Origin: Proteromonas lacertae | Taxonomy: Eukaryota | DNA length: 64,000 nt | Direction of reading: 5' to 3' | NCBI GenBank assembly: GCA_002245135.1 | Contig: NGBS01001160.1 | Location: 434,001 to 498,000 of the forward strand | Part shown: positions 13,162 through 25,746 of the stretch, piece after piece | Position numbering within the stretch: position 1 is the stretch's first letter | Layout of the letters: the number at the start of each line of letters is the position of its first letter | Translations under genes and position numbers: made by a program | Notes under the pieces: model-generated | What the model was told of the DNA's origin: nothing | The model's database searches: none | The model's input: only the letters and a program-made list of their open reading frames with translations

Positions 13162-14595
13162 CTAAGCAGTATACAATTCAGATACTTTTGATTCTAAAGT
13201 ATTTCCCTTAATATTGTACACATATTGTTCAGGTATTGGTTGAACAGAATCCTCACCATTATACGGATAGTGTACATTACCTTCAGTTGAGTGGCTTACT
13301 ACAATATTACATGCCAAACTATCTTCATTAAGATGTAAATCATATTTATCAGTCTTATCAACAGAAATAGAAGGAACATAAGATAAAACTTTGAGTGTAA
13401 TTTTTCTATTTATTAAAATAATAAATATATATAGAGTAATATACTTGCAATGGACAATTTCTACACCACTGATTACTTTATCAAATATTACATGAATATT
13501 TTCACAATTCTCAGTGATTATGTCTTTACATTTACCTTCAATATGAATGGTAGAGTTTTTACAACAATATAAATATACTTCTTCCTTCATTGATCCAATC
13601 TTTATACTTTGATCAGTTGTTTGATATTCTACATTCCATCTATTACGATGAGTATCTAACTCACATTTAGGACTATTGAATTAATAGATATAGTTATAAC
13701 AACATAATAATAATACCTTCCACTTGATGGTACTGTTGGTTTTGGTTCTTGTTTCACTTGTGGTGCTGCTGGTGCTGGTGTTGTTTGCTTTGATGTTGGA
13801 GGTGAAGATGATTTTTCTTGTTTTACTTCTACTGATTTAGTTGACTGATGATGATGATAATCTGGATTGGATAAATACTCTGATACAGTAATACCATTCT
13901 CATTCCATTCAATACCAGTCTTGAAATTACTTTTCACAAATTGAATTAATTCTTCAAAGAATGTCTTTAAGGAATCACACCAATCTTTTAATAAAGAATT
14001 GTTTGTATTTTTGGCTTCTTTTCTGATTTTATCCATCCAAAATACTCCTGCTTCATACATTGCTTGTACTGTTTCATGGGGATTAATTGGCTATTTATTA
14101 TTATTACTATATATATATCTATACAACACAAGGCCAAGATGCTCCTCTAATTACTTCAACTGCTACATTCATATAATTGATATAAGGACTTGCTCTATCT
14201 TTGTAAGCGTCTGTATCATTGAATATCTTGATAGCTTTTTGAGTGACTGGTTGTACATCACTATTTTCTGCTGGACGTTTACAATGAGCTGCCATCATTA
14301 AAAATTCATCAACCCAATCTTGATACACTGATTTAATAAAGTCAGCCTAACAATATATATATTCTTTTCAAATATATACACATTTCTCAACTTCTGGAGC
14401 TATTTTTTTAGATAAATCGATAACTTTGGACAAATTCTTTTCAACAAGTTGCTTATGTTCAGTATACCATCCTGGAATCTCAAAAGAAGGCGATCCTTCT
14501 CCTGCCGTTGATTTACTCTCTCCAATATGTAAATGTTTTTCAATATTTTCAACTCTCTTCTTCAATTGTTCGAAATCTTCTTTTGAAACACTCAT
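13162..14595 (-). CDS. Adenylyl cyclase-associated protein (CAP/Srv2)
   Basis: N-terminal LKKRVENIE, helical domain ending FKTGIEWN, C-terminal CARP domain (WNVEYQ, VYLYCCKNSTIHIEGKCK, VPSISVDKTD, PIPEQY). Confidence 0.9.
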
Positions 14596-14740
14596 TTCTA
14601 CGAAGGTAAAAATATAGCCGTTTTATGAATCTTTTCTTCTTTTTTTGTTTAATATTAATATCTTCTTCGATAATAGTTATTATTGTTTGTTTTATATCAT
14701 TTTAAAATAAAATACTGGAACAAATGACATACATCAAAAT

Positions 14741-16373
14741 TTAATTATTTATGTATGGTTTCTCACATTTAGTTAGCTCATCACAATAACAATCATTTGG
14801 ACAAGTTATAATTCCATAGTTTCTTAATTTTGTATTCATTTCTTGATAATAATTCTTTAAAACTTCACTCCTTTTATCAATATTCTCTCTATAATTCCAG
14901 AATGAACCAGCACCAATAATACTTCTTGGAAATACCATACTCATAATACTCTCATGAAATATATCATCCATTTCAGGTGGATACAACACAGCTCCAGGTG
15001 GAACTTCGCCAGGTATTTCACCACATGCATATGCCCAACAATAATTATCACCCCACATTGATACTTCACCACCAAACAAACTTCCAGTTTTATTTTTCCT
15101 ATCTTCAATTGTAACATTATTTATATCAATCCATAATTCATAATATGGTTGATCAGCTTGCCATATGTAAAATGCATTTTGTTGATTTTCAATTGCATCA
15201 AATCCATCTTTTCTTACTTCATTATTTGTATGATAATTCCATGCATTAAGGATTAATTCTGGTATTTCACTATGTTCTGTATATTTTGCTTCTTCCCATG
15301 CTATTGGTCTTTTTCCTAACTTATTATATACAAATTTGAATAATTTATTTTCAAAATTTCTTGTATTTTCTAACGTACAATTACCAACTACTTGTGTTTC
15401 ATCACAACCTAAATGCACATATTTTGAAGGAAATAATGAGAATATTTCTTCCATTAGATTTGTTATAATTGTATAAGTACGATTCTAATCATAAAACATA
15501 AATAATGATATTATATAAATATACTTGAGGATCATCAAATAATTGATATTGTCTTTCATTGCAAAACTGAATTCCATCTTCTATTAATCCTCTAAAACAT
15601 GAACTATGACCTGGAATATCAATCTCTGGAATAATTCTTATTCCTCTATATTTAGCATATTTAACTATTTCTTTAATTTCAGACTGTTTATAAAAGCCAC
15701 CGTGTTGTCCTACTAAATTCTTTGTTAATCCTGGATAGATCTTTGATTCTACTGCAACTCTGGCTTGTTCACTTAAATGCATGTGTAATACATTCATTTT
15801 TAAATGACTCATACCATCAATTAACATTTTTACTGATTTTACAGGCCAAAATCTTCTTCCAGTATCCATTAATATTCCTCGATGGTTGAAGTTTGGTTCA
15901 TCAACAATTAACACCTCACTATAAGACACTTTGCCATTTGTTGTAAGTTGGGTAAATGATTCTAATCCGTACAGTGCACCATAAATTGTAGGACTTGTTA
16001 TTATTCCTCCTTTCACAGTAATATTAAGTTGGTAATTTACTTTTGTTTCAACTTCTAATTCTTCAGAATATGATTCGCATTTTATATCTAATATTTTAAG
16101 ACAATTTTCAGCTTCATCACTTCTTTTTATGAACAAGAAGTATCTACGAACAGCTTCTTCTAATATTTCTGAGCCAGTTCCTCTTATTTCGAAGTTACTC
16201 TAAATATAATAAGTCTTCTATAAAAAAATACACAAATCTGTAAATGTGTTCCAGAATAATTATACTTCTTTGGAATTGGCCATACCTTCATATCATCACA
16301 TAGTGATCTAGTGTTTTATATATATGCTATACAATGTGAAAATAACCAGAATAAGCACAATACACACTTTCAT
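14741..16373 (-). CDS. Beta-N-acetylhexosaminidase (GH20), secreted
   Basis: Signal peptide, VWPIP, DEPNFNHRGILMDTGRRF, KMNVLHMHLSE, RGIRIIPEIDIPGHS, HLGCDE catalytic pair, GGEVSMWG. Confidence 0.93.
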
Positions 16374-16488
16374 TTAAAACAATACAATACACTGTATTTA
16401 TGTATTAAAACAAAACATCATTCAAACTATTTATTTTATCTCTTTATAATTTCCTTGTTATTCAACAATTTATTCTCTTAAATTAAAA

Positions 16489-16904
16489 ATGGAAGTAACT
16501 TTGGACGATATACCAAATGTAGAAATAGATGAAGGAATTTTTAAATATATTCAAATTGAAGTAGGATTTAGTATGTTATGACTATAGATATCGAATGAAA
16601 AATCAAAAAAAGTAATAGTGAGAGGTTATGACTTTGCTGAATATCATGGTATAGTTTTTGAATTTACTGATTTTTGTTTTGAACAGATGAAATCTTTGAA
16701 AAAGTAAGCAATGGCCTAGAAGCGTTTGGAATAGAATGTAAATGTATTGGTGGTGGAAGAATTGTCCACGATTTAGAATCAAAGACATTAGAGATATATG
16801 GATATTCTCAAGCATATGGAAAAGCAGATCATGCATTAACGCAAAGACTGCTATTAGAATCCTATCCAGACTATTATGTTTTTATCTCTGATAAACCTTA
16901 TTAA
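16489..16904 (+). CDS. PHPT1: 14-kDa phosphohistidine phosphatase (Janus/Ocnus family)
   Basis: Missing from the ORF track. Spliced over two introns: VEIDEGIFKYIQI...IVRGYDFAEYH...CIGGGRI...IYGYSQAYGKADH. Confidence 0.92.
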
Positions 16905-17139
16905 TGAGTTATTTTGTTATAATATTGGGTATTAAGCTATGTTTAAATCAACTTTATATTTCTGAAGACAAATATAAATAATCTTGCCGAACCGAATCAA
17001 ATAATTTAATTTTCACATATCACTATTCTAATTCTTTGTGAAGTCGATACTATATAGAGTGTAACAGATGTAAAAACTTGAAGAGACAATTAATGACGGT
17101 TACAAAAATTGAAAAGACGTGAAATTTCATTTTCATTTT

Positions 17140-17787
17140 ATGAGTGATAGCATTCATAGACTCCCTGTATTCTTAACCAAGATGTTACAAATGGTCGAGA
17201 ATGGAAATCAATCAATAGTAAGATGGAATCTATCTGGCCGTTCAGTAATAATCAAAGATGTGACAAAATTTGCTGATGAGGTGTTGCCAAAATATTTTAA
17301 GATGAAAAAATTTACAAGTTTTGTGAGACAACTCAATTTGTATGGCTTTCGAAAAATTTCTTCAGAGATTGATCCAAATGAGTGCGAATTCTTCCATTCA
17401 TTTTTTAGACAAGGTAAAACTGATTTATTAAACCGTATTGTTCGAAGAACCAAAGTAAGAGATCCAACAAACTCTTGCAAAGCTGTGAATGAAAATATTA
17501 AAGAGTTGAACAGTACAATTAATTCTTTAAAATCAGAACTTGAAGAACAGAAGAAAAAGTATGAAGAGTTGTTATCTGAGTATAATATGTTACAACAACA
17601 ACAAAATACCAATTCTTCATCTCCTCCAAGCCAATTTGTTCCTCGTCCACTTATTTCTCCTACATCATTACCTCCATGTCTTTCTAATAGAATAGCTACT
17701 AGGGATGATAATAGTTTTTTTGATAGTTTGTCACCATTAATTAGTGATAAAATCAATTACTCGATTAATTTAAATCAGACAGTATAG
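17140..17787 (+). CDS. HSF-type DNA-binding transcription factor
   Basis: PVFLTKMLQMV, IVRW, VLPKYFK, FTSFVRQLNLYGFRK, EFFHSFF, followed by a coiled coil. Confidence 0.93.
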   Translation: MSDSIHRLPVFLTKMLQMVENGNQSIVRWNLSGRSVIIKDVTKFADEVLPKYFKMKKFTSFVRQLNLYGFRKISSEIDPNECEFFHSFFRQGKTDLLNRIVRRTKVRDPTNSCKAVNENIKELNSTINSLKSELEEQKKKYEELLSEYNMLQQQQNTNSSSPPSQFVPRPLISPTSLPPCLSNRIATRDDNSFFDSLSPLISDKINYSINLNQTV

Positions 17788-17909
17788 TTCAATGTGTTCG
17801 TAACATGTCAATTTCTGTTTTATGCTTTGTTTTTTCACTATATGTTTGAGGGATTATTTAATTTAAAAAAGAAAAAAAATGTAAATGTAACAATAATATA
17901 TAATATTAT

Positions 17910-20893
17910 TTATTGTGAAAAGAAATATTTCTTTGAAAGCATCAAAATATATTTAAATCCCTTCATCCAATCTTTATGTTTTTCCCATTCATTACTAACC
18001 TTCAAATCAGCATATATATTCATTGCTTTCTCAACATCTCCTTCTTCTAAAGATGCAATGATATTAGCTAAATGATTTACTACTACATCATCTAACAATC
18101 CATTATTACTTTTCTCATATAGAACATTAATAGCTTTACATCCTTCAGTATAAGGTCCTTTATCAATTGGATTTTGTCCACAGGTTTTAAGACTTTCAAT
18201 AGTTTCATTTAACATCTCAACTGTATGATTTTCTAATGGAGGACCAGATGGTGTTTCAACTACTGGTTGTTGCTGTGGTTGTGGTATTGGTTGTTGTTGT
18301 TGCTGAATTTGTTGATATTGATTCATATTAGATTGTGGTGGTATAATTGGTTGAGGTGGTGTTAATGTAGGCATCATTGGTGTAGTTGGTGTTAAACTAG
18401 GTGATGGTAATATTGGTGAAATTACTGGTGGTCTTACTAAATGTGTTTTGTTTGGTTTTTCTGGTCGATATGTTGTTGTTGTTGATGTATTGTAACCAAC
18501 ATTAGTTGGCATTGGTTGTGGTTGTGGTTGTGGTGGAATATACTGTGGTATTGGTACTGCTGGAGCTCTTGCATTTGGATTAGGATAAGTAGTTTGTGGC
18601 ATCATTGCTTTAGGTTGATATTGTTGTTGTCTTACCATTTGTCTTGGTTGTTGTTGTTGTTGTTGTCTTGGTTGTTGTACTTGTTGTTGTTGTTGTTGTA
18701 CTTGTTGTTGTTGTTGTTGTGGATTAAATATATCATACATTGGATTAGATCTAATAAACTCAGGGAAAAAGCTTGATAATACCAAACCACAGAATGTCAA
18801 ACCTTCACCAGCTAATAACATAGCTAAGCTAAAGCATGATTCTATTACATCAGTATCTACTACAGTAGCTCTTGGATTTTGACATCTTACACCATATAAT
18901 GCAATTATTATCTTCTCTAATAAATCTTGAACAGCTGATAATTCATTTCCATTACTATCATTTAACCATACTTTAATAGTATTCTCAACATCTAAAGCAC
19001 TTAAATAACATAATAATGCATTATGATAGTCATTATTCATCTCTAATTTAGAACCAAGTCTACTACATAATGGAGAGAACTGATCTGGTTGTCCATAAGC
19101 ACATATTAATGAGAATGCTTCCTTCCAATCATCTAATGGACATACTTCAATAAATCTATCATAATCTTGTGATGCTAATGAATATAATGATTGTAATAAT
19201 GGACTTTGACGATATTCTAAATACTTCTTTTGAACTTCACTGAATAAATCTTTATCAAATGAAGCTAGGAATAATGCATCTGCATAATATTGCATTTCCA
19301 TTAAATATTTTGTACTTTCAGTGATATTGGAAGTTACTAATGCTTTTCTAGCTAATATTGGTATAGTTTTATCATAGCTATTATCATTATTATTTGGCAT
19401 TTCATCAATTGCTAGACTATTACTATCATCTGTGATATTAGTATTACCACTTAAATCAATACCTAAATATTGTAATAATATATTTCTATCTAAACCTGAT
19501 TCATATAAACTGCATAAGAAATTCCAAACATCTTTTTCATTATTATCATTAGTATTCTCTCTTAGTTCATCACAATATCCTTTAAGATTATTTCTCTCAT
19601 AATATTCTTGGAATTTCATATCTTTTTCTTTCAATGAACTATCAGCAGCAGTCTTTCTTACTTTCACAATTCTTGAATTGTCTTTATTATTGAAATAAAC
19701 TAATTTTCCACCAAATCCAAACTTTACATTATTATTACATTTCAACCAATTAGGTGCTTGTTTGAATCCATTAGCAGTTGTACCATTTACACTATGAACA
19801 GCAATTGTACTATCCATTGAACATGATGATAATAATGATGGAATACAAGGTGACCAACTTACTTGATATCTTCTACCACTTAATGCACTTGAAAATGGAT
19901 CAATAGAGTTGCTATTAACAGTCGATTGATTCACTGGTATTTCATATATAGGTGAAGTACTTCGAGTATTCCATAAGAATGTCTTATTATCTTTACCACA
20001 ACTCACTATGAATGAAGTATCGAATGGACACCAAGATAAGGATAAAACTCCTTTACTATGACCTTGAAACTCTAATATTGGAGTGGATGGACTAGATCTG
20101 AGATCGTAGAACTTTATTACTGGATTATTATCATCATCACTGGCTGTAACTAATCTCAAACCTTCTTCAGGATTCCAAGCGATTTGTGAGATTGGAGATG
20201 ATTTAACATCCTTTAATTCACACCATGGTGCTTTGCTTCTTAGATCCCATACAGTTACTACACCATTGGCGGTGGAATTACCTAAGATGTGGCTGACTTT
20301 ACTATTCCAAGCAACACATGTAATTTCTGAAGGTGTAGTGGTTGTGAGTTTTTCACCTGGTGAATAGATAGTTGGTTCTGCTGGTTTGTTAAGATCTATT
20401 ACAAACACATTCTTATCAGCACCTCCTGAAGCAAGTAACGCTTCACTTTTTTCGTTTGGATTGAAGTCCTAATGCGTTTACTGGACCTTGGTGAGTTTTT
20501 ACTTCGGCAAGCTATTGAATAATATAGATGATATTTTATTCATACACATGATGAAGTTGGATCTTCGAGAATACTTGATGGATTGTATATTTTAATATCA
20601 CCATTCATAGAACCAGTTGCAATAAGTCCTAATTCATTTCCACAAACACTCTCAGGTATCTTTCCCCAAGCAATTGACTTAATCACCTGCGAATCCTTAA
20701 CTATACCAATATTTGTGGGTGTTGAATCAATTTTAGATATTTCCAAATCCATTAAATGCAATTCTCCTCCAACTGCATCAAATCCTCCACCATCACCAGC
20801 TTTTACACCACAAGCCATGTAAGATGCATGAGATTCAAAAGGGGACCAAGCACATACCGTTCCAAATGATTTTATTTGCTTTATTAATGACAT
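17910..20893 (-). CDS. SEC31: COPII coat protein Sec31 (one apparent 1-nt insertion near 20469)
   Basis: WD40 repeats (VAWNSKVSHIL, HSKGVLSLSWC, SCGKDNKT), APNWLK...FGFGGKL, helical domain, Pro/Gln-rich region, C-terminal WMKGFK. Confidence 0.95.
18619..18720 (-). repeat. Imperfect (CAA)n poly-Gln coding repeat in Sec31
   Basis: Long runs of TTG/TGT on the + strand encode QQQQQQVQQQQQQVQQPRQQQQQQ. Confidence 0.9.
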
Positions 20894-21112
20894 AATGAAT
20901 CAAAATTCACAAGATGAAAAAAAGCGGGATTGACCTATAAAAATTCAAAACTAAAATGCAAATAGACAAAAGTATACTTGACTCAGATCATGCATTTATT
21001 GTTTTTCGATTTTTTCTTTTGATTAAAAGACCCAACAGCAACAAATTAATAAATAATAAATAAGCACAAAAATTGTATACCATACTAAATACCGAAAAGA
21101 AAGAAACATATT

Positions 21113-22880
21113 TTAATCTTCAGGTAAAGGAACTTGCACAGGAGGCGCAACAACGATTGGAATAATTGCACTATTATCTTCATTTACCAAAGAATCTTTC
21201 TGTGGTTCTTCATCTCTTGATCCTGAATTTCTTTGTTGTTGACTTTGCTCAACATGCAACCCACTACAAGGTTTTACTAATATTGTAGGAGGACATACTC
21301 TTACACACTGTTTGTGGGTAGGAGAAGATTTATCAGAAACACCAGAAGCTCTCATACTTGAATTCCTACTCACATCAATGAATTTATCAGATATATGACT
21401 CTTAGAATTTACAGTTCCGACATCACTTCTATTTCTTGATCTTGTTTCATAATCAGCTAAAGAATTACTCTCACTCATCAGTCTTCCTGTTGACATTGTA
21501 TCATAATTAGACTCTAATTCACATCCATAATCAGGTTCTGCACCTTCTTCCTGATCTTCTTCCTCTTCACCACCATCACCTGCACCACTTTCTTTGCCAC
21601 TTTCACCTTCACTTTCAACTTCTTTCTTCTTTGAGATTGGTGGTAATATTGTCTTAGCAGCAGGTCCTATTAGTTTCACATTAGATGGATTCTTCTTTGG
21701 ATTATTATAAATATTGTATTCATATCCATCAAATACGTGGGAAGACATTAACAGATTTCTCTTCATCGGATCCATTTCCTTTTCTTTACCAGTATCCATA
21801 TCATATTTAGAATCACAATTTGCATGGGAAACTTCTGGTACAAATGGAACTAATGGGAATTTACGTTCTTCTAATGCTTTCCAGTTAAATCCAATATTCT
21901 TAAACCATTTATGATTCTTTATATCATCCACACTTCTATAACCTAAACGATGTTTTGGTGTTATATGTAATAAAGAATAAACGAAATCTCTTGCATCTTC
22001 TGATACTTTATCTAATGCTTGAGCTACAGGACCATGATGTTTAGATATCTATATATATTTATATATATATATATTAATATATATACTCTTAAATGTTTAA
22101 ATGCATTTTTACCATCCATATTTACAAGTGTTTTATATTTATAAGGTACTAATCTTGTCAAGAATTCTAAAGTCACTATTCCTACACTCCACCAGTCTGA
22201 TGTATAGGAATGATAATGTGTTGATGTGAAATAGATTTCTGGAGCCATATATACCAATGTTCCACCTGTTTCATCACATATATGGTTAGGAACTTGACGA
22301 GATAAACCAAAATCTGATAATTTACAATAACCATCGGCTTCTAGTAGAAGATTCTCCGGTTTTATATCACGATGTAAGATTCTATTGGAGTGTAGACATT
22401 CCAAAGCTAATATTAGTTGTGCTATATAGAACCTTGCTCGATTTTCATCAAATCCATTTTTTGTTTGTTTTAGTTGATACCTTAGGTCACCTCCTAAGGC
22501 AATATCCATTACTAAGTAAATATTTTTTTCATCTTGAAAAGCATCTAAAAATTAAAACAGAAAGAAATACGGTGAAGATTACATAGGTAAGGATGATGTA
22601 CCATTGTTAATATATTTCTCTCAGCAAAAATACAACTAAGTGTAGATTCACCTTGATTGCTCTGTAATAACTGAAGTTTATTCATTGTTTTCAGAGCATA
22701 CCATTTCCCTTTGTGAGGGTGTGATCTTTTAATAACCGCATTAACTGTGCCAAAACCACCTTTACCTAAAACTCTTTGAATGTCGAAGTGTTCTAAACTA
22801 ATATGGTCCATATCCTTAATTGGGGTATTTCTAAAATGTAAGAAAAAAATATACTTTTGAGTACTAGTAGTACTTCCCAT
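21113..22880 (-). CDS. AGC-group Ser/Thr kinase (STK32/YANK-like), possible N-myristoylation
   Basis: MGSTTS start, LGKGGFG, YALK, GGDLRYQL, HRDIKPEN, DFG, GTLVYMAPE, DWWSVG, AGC C-terminal PFVP; three introns. Confidence 0.9.
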
Positions 22881-23033
22881 CTCGAGAATTTTAAAAAACA
22901 ATCTCAAAAAACAAAAAACGACACTGTAACGACTATATTTTTATTCTACACATAAACACCCTGAAACAGAAGTAATGAACATGAATAAATAAATAAATAA
23001 ATAGTCCACTTACAGAAAAAAGAGAAATCAACT

Positions 23034-25658
23034 CTACTCAATACTTTCAATGCCTATAGCTTCAAATCCTTTTATAGGAAACTTGAAAGGACCTGCAAAG
23101 TTCATTCTTATACTACATGGGTATCCAGGGTTAGCACAATACATGCAAACAGCTGGAATCAAATCATAACCACTAGCAAGAGTAATTCCGTTACCAACCA
23201 CTTCTCTTTCTATAAGATTATTCTTATCCAACCTAGGAACTGCTTGCTTTCCATTCAATGTAAAATAAACCATAGGAGGGTCATGATTCTGATCTATCAA
23301 ACAACCAATCACATCACCTCCTTTATATGACTTATAACCAGTACTAGCTTGTCCATTCACATATAATAATCCATGATCATCTAATACACTACCAATCCCT
23401 TTACCTTCACTATGCCAACCAATACCATATTCATTCCCAGTTTTACCTGATGTCATTCCTAATATGGAGATTCCTCTATCTCCTAGCTTACCAGGCACTT
23501 CCATATATCCACAGGGACCTATTGGAATTTCATCATCATCATCATAATCATCATTATTGTTATTACTTTTATGTACTTTTATTTTACCATTTATTAAGTT
23601 ATAATTATTATTCTCTTTTAGTGATGGTTTATTCCAAGTTACTGATTCTCTTAGCACATCCCAACCTACAGTAATACTACCACCATAAGTATCCATTGAT
23701 CTAATAATCACTTCAAACTGCCATCTACCAAATTGACCATCATGTCGACTGTGATTAGCTAATGTAATTCCATATCTATAAGGTGATGATAATTTAACAG
23801 CTAGTTTATCTCTTTCTATCATTACATTGTTTGTACTGAGGTTAATATCTAAGAAATAATGATTATATTCTAATCTTTTATGTATTTCATCTTCTAGTAC
23901 ATCTACGAATACACCATATTCAGATTCTTGACCAATTTCAACTTTCATCTTTTTATCTAAAAACATTTGTCTGTTATGTATAACATCTCTTAATTCTTCA
24001 TTTCCCATTTTATTATAAACATCTCTACATATCATTCTACGAGAAATAATCTCTCTTTCTGCATATTCTATCTGTGGAAATGATCCTTTTTTCTTTATCA
24101 CTTTAAATGATCCATTTTTAGGGTTTATTTCATATGGACAAATTTTCAATAAATCAGTTGGTGGTAATTGTTCCATTATCCGATGTAGAGTTGCATCTGA
24201 TAAGAACGGATTAGTCCATTCTGGATCCTGTAATAATGGATCAATATTATTACATATCCTACTGATACAGTGTTTTCTCAAAGCTTCTACATCTAATTCA
24301 TCACATAAAATCAATAAAGACACAACTGTATCAGGTGATAATATATTATTAGATTCATCTAAACTATGTTGATAAAATGATTTATATTGATTCTCTAATT
24401 CACTCTTCACTGATTCTATAATATCATCTAAACTAGCGATTTCTTGATCATAATAATTATTAACAGTTGTCTTTTTATCTTTGAAATAGTTATCAATTCT
24501 TTGATGTTCTGTTCTCTTTAAATCAGTATAATATTTTGTTATTCTATCAATTTCATCCTGTAAGTCTTTATCTAATTTATTATCAATATCATTATAATTC
24601 TTTGATATATCATTCTCTATGATAGTATTATACGTTTTCTGTTCAGTTACCATTTCTTTTCTAAGTGTTGAATAGTTTTCTAATGTTGTTTCATTCTTAC
24701 TGGTATATTCTTTTTCCAATTGTTCAAATCTTTCAATTATGGAATTATCAGCAACATATGATAGAAATTGGGTCATTATTTTCGGTGAATAACATTTCAT
24801 TGCTGGTTGACCACGATAATGAGCATGCTATTTAATAATAAACAACAAATAAAAAATACATTTTCATCTATTCTCAATATATCTAAATTAGTATTGTAAT
24901 AAATATATCCTGTTTCACTCTGATCCAGATGTCTAAATATCTCATCCACTATTTTACTCTCTCTTATCATATTAGTTTTGGATATTTTATATATTTGTTT
25001 TGGATAATCTTTACTCACTACTTCAAATCGAATATTATCTCCTTCTAATGTTATATTACTTCCTTTATTAGCACAAGCAAATGGACAGATTCCTCTACCT
25101 AAGTCTATATTTGTTAATAACAAGTCTTTTCTTGATCTATTACTTTCTTCGTTTAAATCTGTTAATCTATTAGTAACTTCTCTTTCAGTCAATGGATTTT
25201 TTGGAAATAACTGTGGCGCTTCTTCATGACATTCTTTGTATTTTGTTGTTATTGCCTTTATGTTTAAATGATCTTTCTCAAACCAGTTTAATAGTTTTCT
25301 ATCTTCGATTAATGTCCATTTTGGAACTTTTATATCTTTTACTTGTTCAAGTGATACTAACTTAGTCTAAATTAAAATCACTACTTTAATCAATATACAT
25401 TTCTTTTCTTTTCATTGAGAATGGCTGGAGCACTTTCAACATTCTCTAGTTGTGCATTCAATTTAGGAGCACTTGACGCTCTATTAATTAGTGATGGTTG
25501 AGATCTTTTCGATGGCTTTAATTTCTTCTTAGACTATGAATTATAGAAAGAACTCTGTATACCTTTGGGTCTCCTGCTCCAATTGGCAGACGTGCAGATC
25601 TAGAGACAAAATAGAATAGAACTGCGATTATATTATACGCATAACTCATTTTACTCAT
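23034..25658 (-). CDS. BTB/BACK-like + coiled-coil + SPRY domain protein
   Basis: VVSLLILCDELDVEALRKHCISRI (BTB C-terminal helices); GRWQFEV, ITVGW, GDVIGCLID, VYFTLNGK, LIPAV, MNFAGPFKFP (SPRY). Confidence 0.7.
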
Positions 25659-25746
25659 TTTAAATTTCAAAAAACGTAAAATATATTCGTTTTGTCAAAT
25701 CAAGCTGTTATTTGAAAACTAACTGTCATTTATTATATTTTTCTTG

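Noticed and set aside
17208..17756. 182-aa antisense ORF over the HSF gene, and similar shadow ORFs (18516-18776, 36186-36587, 48390-48683)
   Set aside because: These are antisense or alternate-frame shadows of real genes, with no motifs.
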